Origin: an uncultured virus (IMG/VR IMGVR_UViG_3300042946_001372)
Lineage: Duplodnaviria > Heunggongvirae > Uroviricota > Caudoviricetes
Virus record (IMG/VR): IMGVR_UViG_3300042946_001372
Length of the DNA stretch: 62,289 bases
Reading direction: 5' to 3' (one strand)
Shown here: positions 1 to 9,361 of the stretch, piece after piece
How the letters are laid out: each line of letters opens with the position of its first letter
Numbering within the stretch: position 1 is the first letter of the stretch
Program-made: the position numbers and the translations under genes
The notes under the pieces: model-generated
Databases searched by the model: none
Told to the model about the DNA's origin: nothing
Seen by the model: the letters and a program-made list of their open reading frames with translations, nothing else

Positions 1-199
1 GATAGGGAATGTCTAATATTCTAAAACGTTCATCATCTTTGTATTCGTCTAAATTGTCAAATTTATCTGACTCAGAAAATTGTCTTGCAATACCAATAAC
101 CAAATTTTTTGGTTTTTTTGCATTTGCTAACATATCTTTTATGGTTAAAACTAATTGTGGGTCACGATAACTAGCAATCTGAATAAAAATTTTGCTCAT
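1..199 (-). CDS. GT60-family (PF11397-like) polypeptide GlcNAc-transferase, 5' part only (runs off window)
   Basis: Hand translation from ATG at 199: MSKIFIQIASYRDPQLVLTIKDMLANAKKPKNLVIGIARQFSESDKFDNLDEYKDDERFRILDIPY. IFxxIASYRD...A..P..L..GI..Q is the N-terminal signature of GT60/Gnt1-like enzymes. Absent from the ORF track. Confidence 0.75.
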   Translation of the reverse strand, partial: MSKIFIQIASYRDPQLVLTIKDMLANAKKPKNLVIGIARQFSESDKFDNLDEYKDDERFRILDIPY

Positions 200-222
200 T
201 GAAAATGGTTTTTTTTAAAAAT

Positions 223-251
223 AAAAAACCCTCAACAAAAGTAGAGGGTTT
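223..251 (-). terminator. Intrinsic terminator after the large Thr/Pro-rich gene
   Basis: Stem AAACCCTC/GAGGGTTT followed by a T-run on the minus strand. Confidence 0.6.
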
Positions 252-274
252 GATAATAAGATTTATTGTAAAAA

Positions 275-3200
275 TTAGACGTTCAATACCGCCGATACAT
301 AAACAGTGTCACCTGTGACCCATGTCGTTGTTGCAGATTGTATCAGTACTGCATTTCCTGAGGGTTCTGGTATCGGAGGTACCCCTATACCTGTACCAAA
401 CACAAATCCTGTATCTCCTGAAGTTGACCAAAATTTGAAAGAATCTGTGTCTCCTGAATATATTGCAGAGTCACCATTCTGAGTAAATGTAATTGTTATA
501 GTTTGTCCTGTAAAAGCTGAATAATAAGATGTTCTATCAGTTAAACTTGTGTCTATAGAGTTGAAATAAAAACCTCGTGATGAAAGACCCAATAAGTTTA
601 TTTCGGTACTTCCGAAATTATTAGGTTCGTTATTCATAATTGCATTTCCATCGGATGGCAAGTTATATGGTAAAGCAATCAAATTGTAAGAGAATCCTGA
701 AACAGGTAGTGGACTTTCAGAGGGTGAAGGTGTAATTGTTGGTGTTGGAGTCACCTCTTCGGTCGGTGTTGGTGTAGGTGTTACTTCTGCTGTTGGTGTT
801 GGTGTCGGGGTTTCTGGAGGTGCGATACATGAACCATCCTCAGCCAATACTGTGATTGGTGTTGTACAATTCAAAGTCACACCTAAGAAATCATAATTAG
901 ATGGTCCAGTTCCAGTTATATCATAACACTGAACATTACCTAAACTGTCTGTTAAAGTAATCTTCTGAGCCGCAACTGAATTTAACACCGAGATTCTTAT
1001 ATCAACAACGCCCACGATTGTCGAACACAAAATCGTTCCATTACCAGGAGTATTTGGTAATGCTTGACCAGAAACGTAAGTTGCTGAACTACCATTTACT
1101 GTCAAATCAGTTATGTTCACATCAACTGAAGAATTGGTCAAAATTGTAATTTGACAACAAGTCTGTGTTGAAGTTGGTGTTAAAGTTGGTGTACAAGAAG
1201 GTGTAGGAGTTGGTGTCTCAGATTCTGTTGGTGTGCAAGTTGGAGTGACATCTGGTGTAGGAGTTGGTGTCTCAGATTCTGTTGGTGTGCAAGTTGGAGT
1301 GACATCTGGTGTAGGAGTTGGTGTCTCAGATTCTGTTGGTGTACAAGTTGGAGTGACATCTGGTGTAGGAGTTGGTGTCTCAGATTCTGTTGGTGTACAA
1401 GTTGGACTCACTTGAGGAGTTGAGGTTTGCGATGGGGTAGGTGTAGGAGTTACTAACTCTTCACAACAAGGATTGAAATAATTTAATGAATAAGGAGTTG
1501 AACCCGAAACAACCGTATATGAATTACCTGAGAAACAATCTACCTCAAGACCTGGTCCTAACAAAAATGTTGCAGGATACGTTTCTGCGGAATATACCTG
1601 ACCTGAGCTAGTGCCAGGACAATATACCCAATCAATTTCAGAGTAACCTGATATAGTAAATTCAACGTAGTGATAACAATCTCCATACGGACAAGTTGGT
1701 GTTGGAGTTGGTGTTATCTCTTCAGTTGGTGTAGGTGTTGGAGTTATACCCTCCGTAGCGGTTGGTGTGGGAGTTTCTGTGTTCGTTGGTGTAGGTGTAG
1801 GAGTTACCAATTCATCACAACAAGGGTTAAAATAATTTAAAGAAACAGGTGTTGAACCCGTCAAAATTGTATACGAATTACCTGAAAAACAATCCGATTC
1901 GATTGTTGGACCTTCTATGAAAGTCGCCGGATAAGTATCGGCAGAATAAATAATAGCAGAGGTCGAGCCAGGACATAGTCCCCATTCTATAACTGTAAAG
2001 CCTGAAACAGTAATCTCAACATAGTGATAACAATCTCCATACGGACAAGTAGGTGTAGGTGTTGGTGTCTCAATTACTGAAGTAGCAGTTGGAGTAGGAG
2101 TTTCTGTATTTGTTGGTGTAGGTGTTGGTGTCTCAATTACTGAAGTAGCAGTTTCGGTAGGTGTAGGTGTTGGTGTCTCAATTACTGAAGTAGCAGTTTC
2201 GGTAGGTGTAGGTGTTGGTGTCTCAATTACTGAAGTAGCGGTTTCGGTAGGTGTAGGTGTTGGTGTCTCAATTACTGAAGTAGCAGTTGGAGTAGGAGTT
2301 TCTGTATTTGTTGGAGTTGGTGTTTGAGTCACAGTAGGTGTACAGGTTGGTGTCTCTAATATTGAAGTTTCCGTTGGTGTTGGTGTCGGAGTACCCTCAG
2401 GAGTAGAAGTATTAGTTGGAGTTGGTGTTGGGGTGACCTCACAATTACAAGCACCACTATATTGAATGTTCAAAACGTGCTGACCTGTAATCGAGTCATT
2501 TTGAATACAAATACCACTCAAAGTATATCCTGTTCCTATTGAATAAGGACCGGCATAGTTGCAATCTCCACAACAATCAATGTATTCTATCACAGCATTA
2601 TTACAATCAATATCAAAAGTCACATTTGAATAACAAACTTGCGATGTTGGTGTAGGAGTCGGTGTCAGACCGATTGTTTCAGTTGCTGTTGGTGTTGTTC
2701 CTGTAAATGTTGTAGGTGTGACAGTTGGTGTTGTTGTGGATGTAGGAGTAGGTGTTGGAGTTTCTGAACCAATTAAAAACGCAGTATTACATTTAATTGT
2801 TGAAGAAGCGCCACCCGCTCCTTGTAATGACGTTCTGACACCACCGTATGGTGCAGTCTTATCCATTTTGTACACATAAACACCATAGATGTATATTTCG
2901 TTGTTGAATATTGCTATACCTCCTGTTGCAGAATAATTATTTATGGCAACTGTTTTACTTTCGAACTCAAAAGAACCTGTATTATAATCAAATTGATATA
3001 ACGCAATATATGGAACCCCTCCGACTTCTGTATCTGAGGCAACCAACAATTTGTTATTTACAGTTACTAAAAAGTCTCCACCGACAAAATAACCTGAAGG
3101 TAGCTGATATTTTAAAGTTGCAGTCATTACTGTTGCAGGTGCTACAGGAACGGTCAGCTCCCAAACATTTTGTTCAAAATCGATAAAAACTAAATTACCA

Positions 3201-3706
3201 TTAGGTGCTTGGCAAAGTCCAGGGCTTGCAGGAGCAGTTATCACAACATTTGAAGGGAAAGTTAAATCTCTATAAGTTGATGATACCAAATATGGAGGAT
3301 TTCCAGTGAGACCCCATTCTCTTATCACATAAGTGAAAGGGAGAGGATTGTATAGTTTCCACAATTTTTCCTCAGAGTGAGCAACATCCAATGATTGTAC
3401 GATATCATTTGGTATAACCATTTGAGGAGACCTAACATCCGTTGATGGATTATAATAAAAAGTTCCTTGTCCAAAAATATTTACCAAGGTCGAACACTCG
3501 GAAATTGTTTCTAATATTTCTTCTACTGAAGTAGTATTACTGAAAAAATTTGGGATGTTCAAAGTATCTTTTATTGCCCAAATAATTTTATTTTGATTAG
3601 GTGCGAGTTTAACCTGAAGTTCTAATTCCGCGTTATCACATCTTTGATAGTTAAAAGTTACTACGGTATCGCCCGTATTTTTGAGATTATATTTTATACA
3701 ATTCAT
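275..3706 (-). CDS. Large Thr/Pro-rich (mucin-like), Cys-rich putative virion surface/fiber protein
   Basis: 1143 aa with multiple (TP)n linkers separating beta-rich Cys-containing domains; N-terminal domain shared with the next gene. Confidence 0.7.
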   Translation of the reverse strand: MNCIKYNLKNTGDTVVTFNYQRCDNAELELQVKLAPNQNKIIWAIKDTLNIPNFFSNTTSVEEILETISECSTLVNIFGQGTFYYNPSTDVRSPQMVIPNDIVQSLDVAHSEEKLWKLYNPLPFTYVIREWGLTGNPPYLVSSTYRDLTFPSNVVITAPASPGLCQAPNGNLVFIDFEQNVWELTVPVAPATVMTATLKYQLPSGYFVGGDFLVTVNNKLLVASDTEVGGVPYIALYQFDYNTGSFEFESKTVAINNYSATGGIAIFNNEIYIYGVYVYKMDKTAPYGGVRTSLQGAGGASSTIKCNTAFLIGSETPTPTPTSTTTPTVTPTTFTGTTPTATETIGLTPTPTPTSQVCYSNVTFDIDCNNAVIEYIDCCGDCNYAGPYSIGTGYTLSGICIQNDSITGQHVLNIQYSGACNCEVTPTPTPTNTSTPEGTPTPTPTETSILETPTCTPTVTQTPTPTNTETPTPTATSVIETPTPTPTETATSVIETPTPTPTETATSVIETPTPTPTETATSVIETPTPTPTNTETPTPTATSVIETPTPTPTCPYGDCYHYVEITVSGFTVIEWGLCPGSTSAIIYSADTYPATFIEGPTIESDCFSGNSYTILTGSTPVSLNYFNPCCDELVTPTPTPTNTETPTPTATEGITPTPTPTEEITPTPTPTCPYGDCYHYVEFTISGYSEIDWVYCPGTSSGQVYSAETYPATFLLGPGLEVDCFSGNSYTVVSGSTPYSLNYFNPCCEELVTPTPTPSQTSTPQVSPTCTPTESETPTPTPDVTPTCTPTESETPTPTPDVTPTCTPTESETPTPTPDVTPTCTPTESETPTPTPSCTPTLTPTSTQTCCQITILTNSSVDVNITDLTVNGSSATYVSGQALPNTPGNGTILCSTIVGVVDIRISVLNSVAAQKITLTDSLGNVQCYDITGTGPSNYDFLGVTLNCTTPITVLAEDGSCIAPPETPTPTPTAEVTPTPTPTEEVTPTPTITPSPSESPLPVSGFSYNLIALPYNLPSDGNAIMNNEPNNFGSTEINLLGLSSRGFYFNSIDTSLTDRTSYYSAFTGQTITITFTQNGDSAIYSGDTDSFKFWSTSGDTGFVFGTGIGVPPIPEPSGNAVLIQSATTTWVTGDTVYVSAVLNV
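1201..1407. repeat. 54-nt coding tandem repeat (~3.8 copies; PTCTPTESETPTPTPDVT)
   Basis: Units start at 1201, 1255, 1309 and 1363 and are nearly identical. Confidence 0.9.
1459..2049. repeat. Duplicated ~80-aa Cys-rich domain (CPYGDCYHYVE...NYFNPCC), period ~354 nt
   Basis: Two copies visible in both protein and DNA (~1459-1695 and ~1814-2049). Confidence 0.85.
2048..2310. repeat. 45-nt coding tandem repeat (ETATSVIETPTPTPT)
   Basis: Repeated gtaggtgtaggtgttggtgtctcaattactgaagtagc units. Confidence 0.85.
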
Positions 3707-3717
3707 TTTCTTATTTT

Positions 3718-4446
3718 TTAAGGATTTGGCAAAATGTTGAAATATCCAGTATCATAATCTCCTGTGATATAAATTAGATGATTTACTCTATTTATTGAAA
3801 TTTCTCCGTTTTCAGAATAAGGTAATAAAGTATCACCTGAGTAAAATCTCGTGACACCTGTGAAGAAATCAGTATTTGTAATAGTTTGAGTATAAGTAAA
3901 TGCAGATAATATTTGTTTATTATATAGTCCACTAACACCGTCACTTGCTAAGTAATAATCACCAACAGGTGAAGCCGATAATATCAAAGTAAATGTGGAC
4001 CCTGTGCCCAAGTATGAGATTGTACCACCTGTGAAAGCAACTTGTTTATTCGATTCAATATGTCCCTCTTTTGTCATCATCACACCATTAGCAAAGATGT
4101 TACCTGTGATACCTGAAATTGTACTCGAGTCATCTGCAGCATAATAATAAACACCAATTCCATCAATTTTATAATATGGAGTTGTTGATGGTGTAGGAGT
4201 AACTGTTGGTGTTGGTGTCACACTCGGAGTTTTACTTGGTGTTGGTGTAGGTGGAAATGCAGTTTGGGCGATAATAATTTGAGAACTAAAAGCACAAGAA
4301 AAAGTATCGGTTATAAACCAAATATTTTTTGTTTCATTAGGGTTGAGCTCAACCTGATACTCCCATTCAGAACTATCGCATTCTTGATAATTGAAGGTAA
4401 CAACTGTTGTACCAGTGTTAGTCAAAGTAAGTTTACTACAACCCAT
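3718..4446 (-). CDS. Thr/Pro-linker putative virion protein, paralogous N-terminus to 275..3706
   Basis: C.K..L.NTG.TVVTFNYQ.CD...QV.L.PN..K.IW shared motif, then a PTPTP linker. Confidence 0.7.
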   Translation of the reverse strand: MGCSKLTLTNTGTTVVTFNYQECDSSEWEYQVELNPNETKNIWFITDTFSCAFSSQIIIAQTAFPPTPTPSKTPSVTPTPTVTPTPSTTPYYKIDGIGVYYYAADDSSTISGITGNIFANGVMMTKEGHIESNKQVAFTGGTISYLGTGSTFTLILSASPVGDYYLASDGVSGLYNKQILSAFTYTQTITNTDFFTGVTRFYSGDTLLPYSENGEISINRVNHLIYITGDYDTGYFNILPNP

Positions 4447-4490
4447 TTTTTTTTATTTATAAATACTTTATTTGTTTGATAAATTTGAAA

Positions 4491-6704
4491 CTATGGACAT
4501 ATTCCTTTGTTGACAATTAAACCAGTACTTGGGTCTATTTGTATAAATCTATTACCATCAGTTATTATAGTTTTCGTATTTATCGGTGGGATACTACAAA
4601 GTGTATTTCCATAAACAAAATCACCAGGTTCTAAATTAGAGAACGGCTCAAATGAATAAACCAAAACGTTTGTTGGTCCGTATCCTGCCATACTACAAGC
4701 GTTATTCCAAACATTATTTGTCCACAACCAAGCACCATATATTACTTGAGGGGTGATTGATGGTGTTGGTGTATTAGTTGGAGTTACAGGAGGTGTTGGT
4801 GTATTAGTTGGAGTTACAGGAGGTGTTGGTGTTGGAGATGGTGGTGGTACCACACAATTTGGACAATTAGGGTCCAGTAAGTTATATCTGTTTTTTAAAA
4901 CTCTAAAATTATGTGCAACTTGAGCGGCATCCAAAGGCTCAGTATACATTCTAAATGCACTTATATTACCTATAAAACTTCCGGCAAATAATTCTTCTAA
5001 TTTAATATCGGTGGTAAGTCCTGAATAAATTGTATTATCTAAATCATTTGTGGTTAGACATTCAGGGTCTTGTTGATAAACAATATCATCTATTGTTTGT
5101 GGACATCCACCCGAAAAAGTAAGATTATCATGTAATCCCTGTGTACCCCCGCCAACAGAAATATTATAACCCACACCAATTTGTTTTTCTTTTGGTGTGT
5201 TCAAAAGTCTTGGAATTATTTCCTCGAAATCCAAAATAACCATAAACAATCTTCCGTTTATATAAATTTCTAAATCACCTATTCTGAAATTTTTTTCCTC
5301 CATCCACGAATCCTTGAACTTTACAATCTCTGTAGTCGCAGGGTCATAAACTTCTCTATGTGTGAGTGGTGGTTCTATCAAACTCAGACTATTATTGGCG
5401 GTTGTTGCAGTATATTGCTCGGAAACTAACAATCCTAAACCTCCTAAATCAAGCAAATCGCACCCTTCAAAATATTCTCTTCTTCTGAAAACGACGTCAA
5501 CTTGAACCCAATTTTCTTGAAGTATATAATTTGTATTATCGCAGTCGTGGAATATACCTCTTGTTGAACACCATTCATTCACAGATGTTCCTGTTACATA
5601 TGTTTGTCCTGAACTACACACACCGGTAAATTCACAAGCTCCTGTGATTGTATAAGTTTTTACACATATTCTTGGATTTCCACTATCTCCCGACAGTCTG
5701 ACTGAAAGAGCGTTTGAAATACCATCGTATAACGGGTCTAATTCCGGAATAGATGCTTCGGCGACTGGCTGACCACAACCACACAAACAGGTGTAAGATG
5801 TTACACCTGATGGTTGATACACAGGAATACAGGAATGTTCTGCGGTTATACCTGTGTTTAGACACTCGCAAGTATGCATGCAAGTCAATCCCGAAGTTAC
5901 CCTCGTGTAACCCGTGTCTTGTTTTGGAGAACCATCAGCGTAGTGATAAAATTTATTTTCAGCTCTTGCGCCCATATAAAAGAATGTACCCTTGTTTTCA
6001 GGGTATCTTTTATTTAATCCCACGTAAGTATCCCCCCACCATCTGTGTTTTAACATAAATTCAGCAGTCCATCCTAAACCAACTCTTTCGGGGAATACCT
6101 GATAATCGTATCCTGGTATTTTGTAAAACCCTTGAAAAAATCCCCCGAACAACTCCGCAACATATCCTACAGAAGGATTTTCATATGTATATTGCATTTG
6201 ATAGGTATATGAATCATCATTCCACAATCTATTTTGAGTTGTTGTAAATCCTGTAATTGGATGTAATTTCATCCTTCTATCGTACTTGTATCTACTGAAC
6301 CTATCAGAAATATTCGTATACAAACCAGTTGTAATTTCGATTGTTTCTCCTGACATTTTTTTTACCAAACCATTGTCTATACCTGTAAGACCAACATCAC
6401 AAAGTGTGGATGCTGAAGGACATAAATTTGGGTCAATATCTAATGGGTTCCAATAATTTTCTGAAACAATTGTATCACTACTAAAATTACAATCATTATT
6501 CTGACATATTGTTGTCGCTGACGAATTGAAATCAAATCTAAAGGGCATTATATTTCCATCATCTTCTCCTATCAGTAATGGGGAAAAAACTACCTCTTGG
6601 TCATAATCCCTCTCATCGCTGGCAAGACATAAGTCTGTAATCTCATTGAAGGGGATAAGTCTCCATTTTCTAAAATTGTATTGATTAATATTCTGATAAG
6701 ACAT
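4491..6704 (-). CDS. LamG/concanavalin A-like domain protein with C-terminal Thr/Pro linker, putative virion protein
   Basis: WVQVDVVF...LEIYINGRL...SFIGNISAFRMYTEPL LamG-like motifs; PTPTPPVTPTN repeats. Confidence 0.6.
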   Translation of the reverse strand: MSYQNINQYNFRKWRLIPFNEITDLCLASDERDYDQEVVFSPLLIGEDDGNIMPFRFDFNSSATTICQNNDCNFSSDTIVSENYWNPLDIDPNLCPSASTLCDVGLTGIDNGLVKKMSGETIEITTGLYTNISDRFSRYKYDRRMKLHPITGFTTTQNRLWNDDSYTYQMQYTYENPSVGYVAELFGGFFQGFYKIPGYDYQVFPERVGLGWTAEFMLKHRWWGDTYVGLNKRYPENKGTFFYMGARAENKFYHYADGSPKQDTGYTRVTSGLTCMHTCECLNTGITAEHSCIPVYQPSGVTSYTCLCGCGQPVAEASIPELDPLYDGISNALSVRLSGDSGNPRICVKTYTITGACEFTGVCSSGQTYVTGTSVNEWCSTRGIFHDCDNTNYILQENWVQVDVVFRRREYFEGCDLLDLGGLGLLVSEQYTATTANNSLSLIEPPLTHREVYDPATTEIVKFKDSWMEEKNFRIGDLEIYINGRLFMVILDFEEIIPRLLNTPKEKQIGVGYNISVGGGTQGLHDNLTFSGGCPQTIDDIVYQQDPECLTTNDLDNTIYSGLTTDIKLEELFAGSFIGNISAFRMYTEPLDAAQVAHNFRVLKNRYNLLDPNCPNCVVPPPSPTPTPPVTPTNTPTPPVTPTNTPTPSITPQVIYGAWLWTNNVWNNACSMAGYGPTNVLVYSFEPFSNLEPGDFVYGNTLCSIPPINTKTIITDGNRFIQIDPSTGLIVNKGICP

Positions 6705-6757
6705 AAACTAATGATAAATACATTACCAACGAGTATTTATAGAATAAAACTCAAAAG

Positions 6758-7561
6758 ATGATTACAGAAGGTTTGGAATATTATTCATCCCCGTACTATT
6801 TCTTCTTGAAAAACAAGGGAAAAGATTATTCATTATACATGGCTGTAGAAAATACTATTTCTGAGGCAAAAAATAATGATGTAATGGTAAAGGTACCTAA
6901 AGACAAGGTCGAGGTGGTTAAAAGATATATCAATAAAATAACTAAGAAAAAAACACCTAAGAAAACATCTGACGTAAAAAAAGAAATCGAAGAGTTAGTG
7001 GATTCGGATGGTGTGATGTCTCTTTCAAAAATTCCAATTTTAGACCCAGCATTACACCCTAAAAAAACAATGGACCAAACCGTCGCAGCCGCAAGAATTA
7101 CAAATGACCCAATTGCACGTGGATACAGAACATACTATGGTGAATCTGTTGAGGAGGTTGAAGAAGTTGATTTATCTAAGGCCTTTGGATATGAAGAAAC
7201 ATCTGGTAAAACTCCTGAAGATACAATCAAAATTCTGAAGGACATGGGAGTTGATAATGCAAAAGAAAGAGCAAACGAGTTTGGTAAAACCGTAAAAATA
7301 AATAAAGGAAAAAAACCTGGTAGTAAAATGAGAATCAGGTTGGTGGAAAAACAAAGAATTGAAGAACTGAGAAAACAAAAAGTTTTCAAAATGCTTGAAG
7401 ATATTTTAATGAAATCAAAAGATTCTCATAATTCAGATTTGAATAAAAAAGAAATAGAGGCGTCTAAAATTTTAAAGAAAAATTTAAAATCCCTTAAAAA
7501 ACAAGCCGAAAAAGAGGGAATATCACTTTCTTCTTTGATAAAACTTTTGAAAAGTGAATAA
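6758..7561 (+). CDS. Hypothetical protein
   Basis: 267-aa ORF with TATTTAT motif upstream (6734-6740). Confidence 0.7.
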   Translation: MITEGLEYYSSPYYFFLKNKGKDYSLYMAVENTISEAKNNDVMVKVPKDKVEVVKRYINKITKKKTPKKTSDVKKEIEELVDSDGVMSLSKIPILDPALHPKKTMDQTVAAARITNDPIARGYRTYYGESVEEVEEVDLSKAFGYEETSGKTPEDTIKILKDMGVDNAKERANEFGKTVKINKGKKPGSKMRIRLVEKQRIEELRKQKVFKMLEDILMKSKDSHNSDLNKKEIEASKILKKNLKSLKKQAEKEGISLSSLIKLLKSE

Positions 7562-8021
7562 GAATTTATACGATAAAGAAATTGAATTTCCAGAACATTT
7601 GAGGAAGCATTTGAAAATTTGTTTCTACAAGGTAAAGGATTTCAACGAAAATGATGAGGGATATAAAAGAAATAAAGAACTTCAGAACAAAAATTATATT
7701 ACCTACAAACAACTTAAAAGAATTAAAAACTTTTTTGACAATTTCAAAGGTTCACAAAAAGAGCCTTCATTTGTGTTGAATGGTGGTTTCCCTATGAAAA
7801 ATTGGGTAAATTATGAGTTAGATTTTATGAGAAGAAACCCCGAAGCCGTGAAGAAAAACAAAATGGAGACGGGAATGCAAAATCAATTTATAAAACCACA
7901 CGAGAAAAAGGATTTCACAAATGTTAGACCATCTCAGAAACATTTATCCACAAGAGAAAAATATGATGTGGCTGTGACTGAAAGTTTAAAAAAAATAAAC
8001 GATTTAATTTCAAAAATTTAA
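7554..8021 (+). CDS. Hypothetical protein
   Basis: 155-aa ORF overlapping the previous stop. Confidence 0.6.
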   Translation: MNKNLYDKEIEFPEHLRKHLKICFYKVKDFNENDEGYKRNKELQNKNYITYKQLKRIKNFFDNFKGSQKEPSFVLNGGFPMKNWVNYELDFMRRNPEAVKKNKMETGMQNQFIKPHEKKDFTNVRPSQKHLSTREKYDVAVTESLKKINDLISKI

Positions 8022-8025
8022 TTTT

Positions 8026-8325
8026 ATGGCAAACGACCTTCCTATTGATTTATCTCAAGACGTTCCTAATCAACTAACAGCAATTGCTGAGTTAGAGAGA
8101 GCAAAACTTATACCTAAAAACGATTACAACGCAGTTGGTAATCCATACTCCGCAACTAACCAAGACGCCTTAGCCGATGGTGATAGATTGGGTAGAGGAA
8201 CTGGTATATTTTTGGACGTTTATAATCCTGCTGCCGGAACTATAGATGATGTAGTTGAACGCAGAAACGGTATAAGGACTAACAGATATAATTCATCAAA
8301 CCAATATCCTAACTTTCAGATATGA
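8026..8325 (+). CDS. Hypothetical protein
   Basis: 99-aa ORF in a tight operon. Confidence 0.65.
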   Translation: MANDLPIDLSQDVPNQLTAIAELERAKLIPKNDYNAVGNPYSATNQDALADGDRLGRGTGIFLDVYNPAAGTIDDVVERRNGIRTNRYNSSNQYPNFQI

Positions 8326-8705
8326 AACTGACAGAGGTTTTTAAATCTTTGGTTGTCGAAATAGCTTCAAGGGAGGAAATCTGTAATGCTATTGACGATA
8401 AAAAGGTTATTTCTATTTTCTATGATGGAGATGAACCTAAGGGAAGAGGATTGAGAACTATCGAACCAGTGTGTTTGTTCATACATAAAGATAGTGGTAA
8501 TACCGTTCTAACTGGCTGGGAAAGAGAAGGTGCTTCACATAAAGTTGCGGTAGGTGATGGGGTATTACCGGGATGGAGATTATTTAGAACTGATAAAATT
8601 TTATCTTGGAACCCAACAGGTGAAAATTTTTCAGAAATGAAAGCCGGATTTAATCCCAATGGTGATAAAAGGGCTTCAGAAATAAAATGTATAAGTAAAT
8701 TTTGA
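8322..8705 (+). CDS. Stand-alone WYL-domain protein
   Basis: AIDDKKVISIFY...RTIEPVCL...LTGW...WRLFRTDKI matches the WYL pattern. Confidence 0.7.
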   Translation: MKLTEVFKSLVVEIASREEICNAIDDKKVISIFYDGDEPKGRGLRTIEPVCLFIHKDSGNTVLTGWEREGASHKVAVGDGVLPGWRLFRTDKILSWNPTGENFSEMKAGFNPNGDKRASEIKCISKF

Positions 8706-9307
8706 TTATGGACGATTTGATGCAAAAACTGATGAAATCTAAAGCGATAATGGATGCAACTAATAATGTGTCAAGAAATAAAAATTCTGGTTTGCCACCC
8801 TCAGAAATGTTAGAAAATTTTGATGCACCTCCCGCAAAATACAACATCCCAGCAGAATTCTTGCAGGAACAGCCTTCCTCCGCACCACTTCTCAGTTCAG
8901 TACCAAGAGAAAATACAAAACCTGTAGGAGTTCCTACAATTGATGCAATAAAAAATTCAAAGTTACCAGACGAGATTAAAAGATTGATGATTGAACATCC
9001 TATTGCACAACCACAACAACCTCAAATGAGCATTTCTAACGAGTTGATTGAAAAAGCATCACGGTTGATGAAAAAACAAGATAGCAATTACATTCCTGAA
9101 AGTGCCAAAGAAAAGGTATCTCCACCTCAAACATCATCAATCGACTACGACTTGATTCAAGAAATGATTGAAGAAGCGGTCAACAAGGCTCTTAGAAAAA
9201 ATAATTTGTTGATTGAATCCACAGAAAAAACCAACGAACAATTCAGTTTCAGAGTTGGTAAACATGTTTTTGAAGGTAAAGTTACAAAAGTTAAAAAAAT
9301 AGTTTAA
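8702..9307 (+). CDS. Hypothetical protein
   Basis: 201-aa ORF in an operon. Confidence 0.65.
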   Translation: MIMDDLMQKLMKSKAIMDATNNVSRNKNSGLPPSEMLENFDAPPAKYNIPAEFLQEQPSSAPLLSSVPRENTKPVGVPTIDAIKNSKLPDEIKRLMIEHPIAQPQQPQMSISNELIEKASRLMKKQDSNYIPESAKEKVSPPQTSSIDYDLIQEMIEEAVNKALRKNNLLIESTEKTNEQFSFRVGKHVFEGKVTKVKKIV

Positions 9308-9361
9308 CAACTTTTCTTATTTGACTTAAAGTGTTATATTTCTCCAATATACTAAAACTTT

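Noticed and set aside
1233..1415. Plus-strand Val/Gly-repeat ORFs (also 47534..47875)
   Set aside because: Antisense shadows of Thr/Pro repeats
1201..2310. Possible CRISPR array
   Set aside because: Repeats are in-frame coding tandem units with no unique spacers, and no cas genes are present
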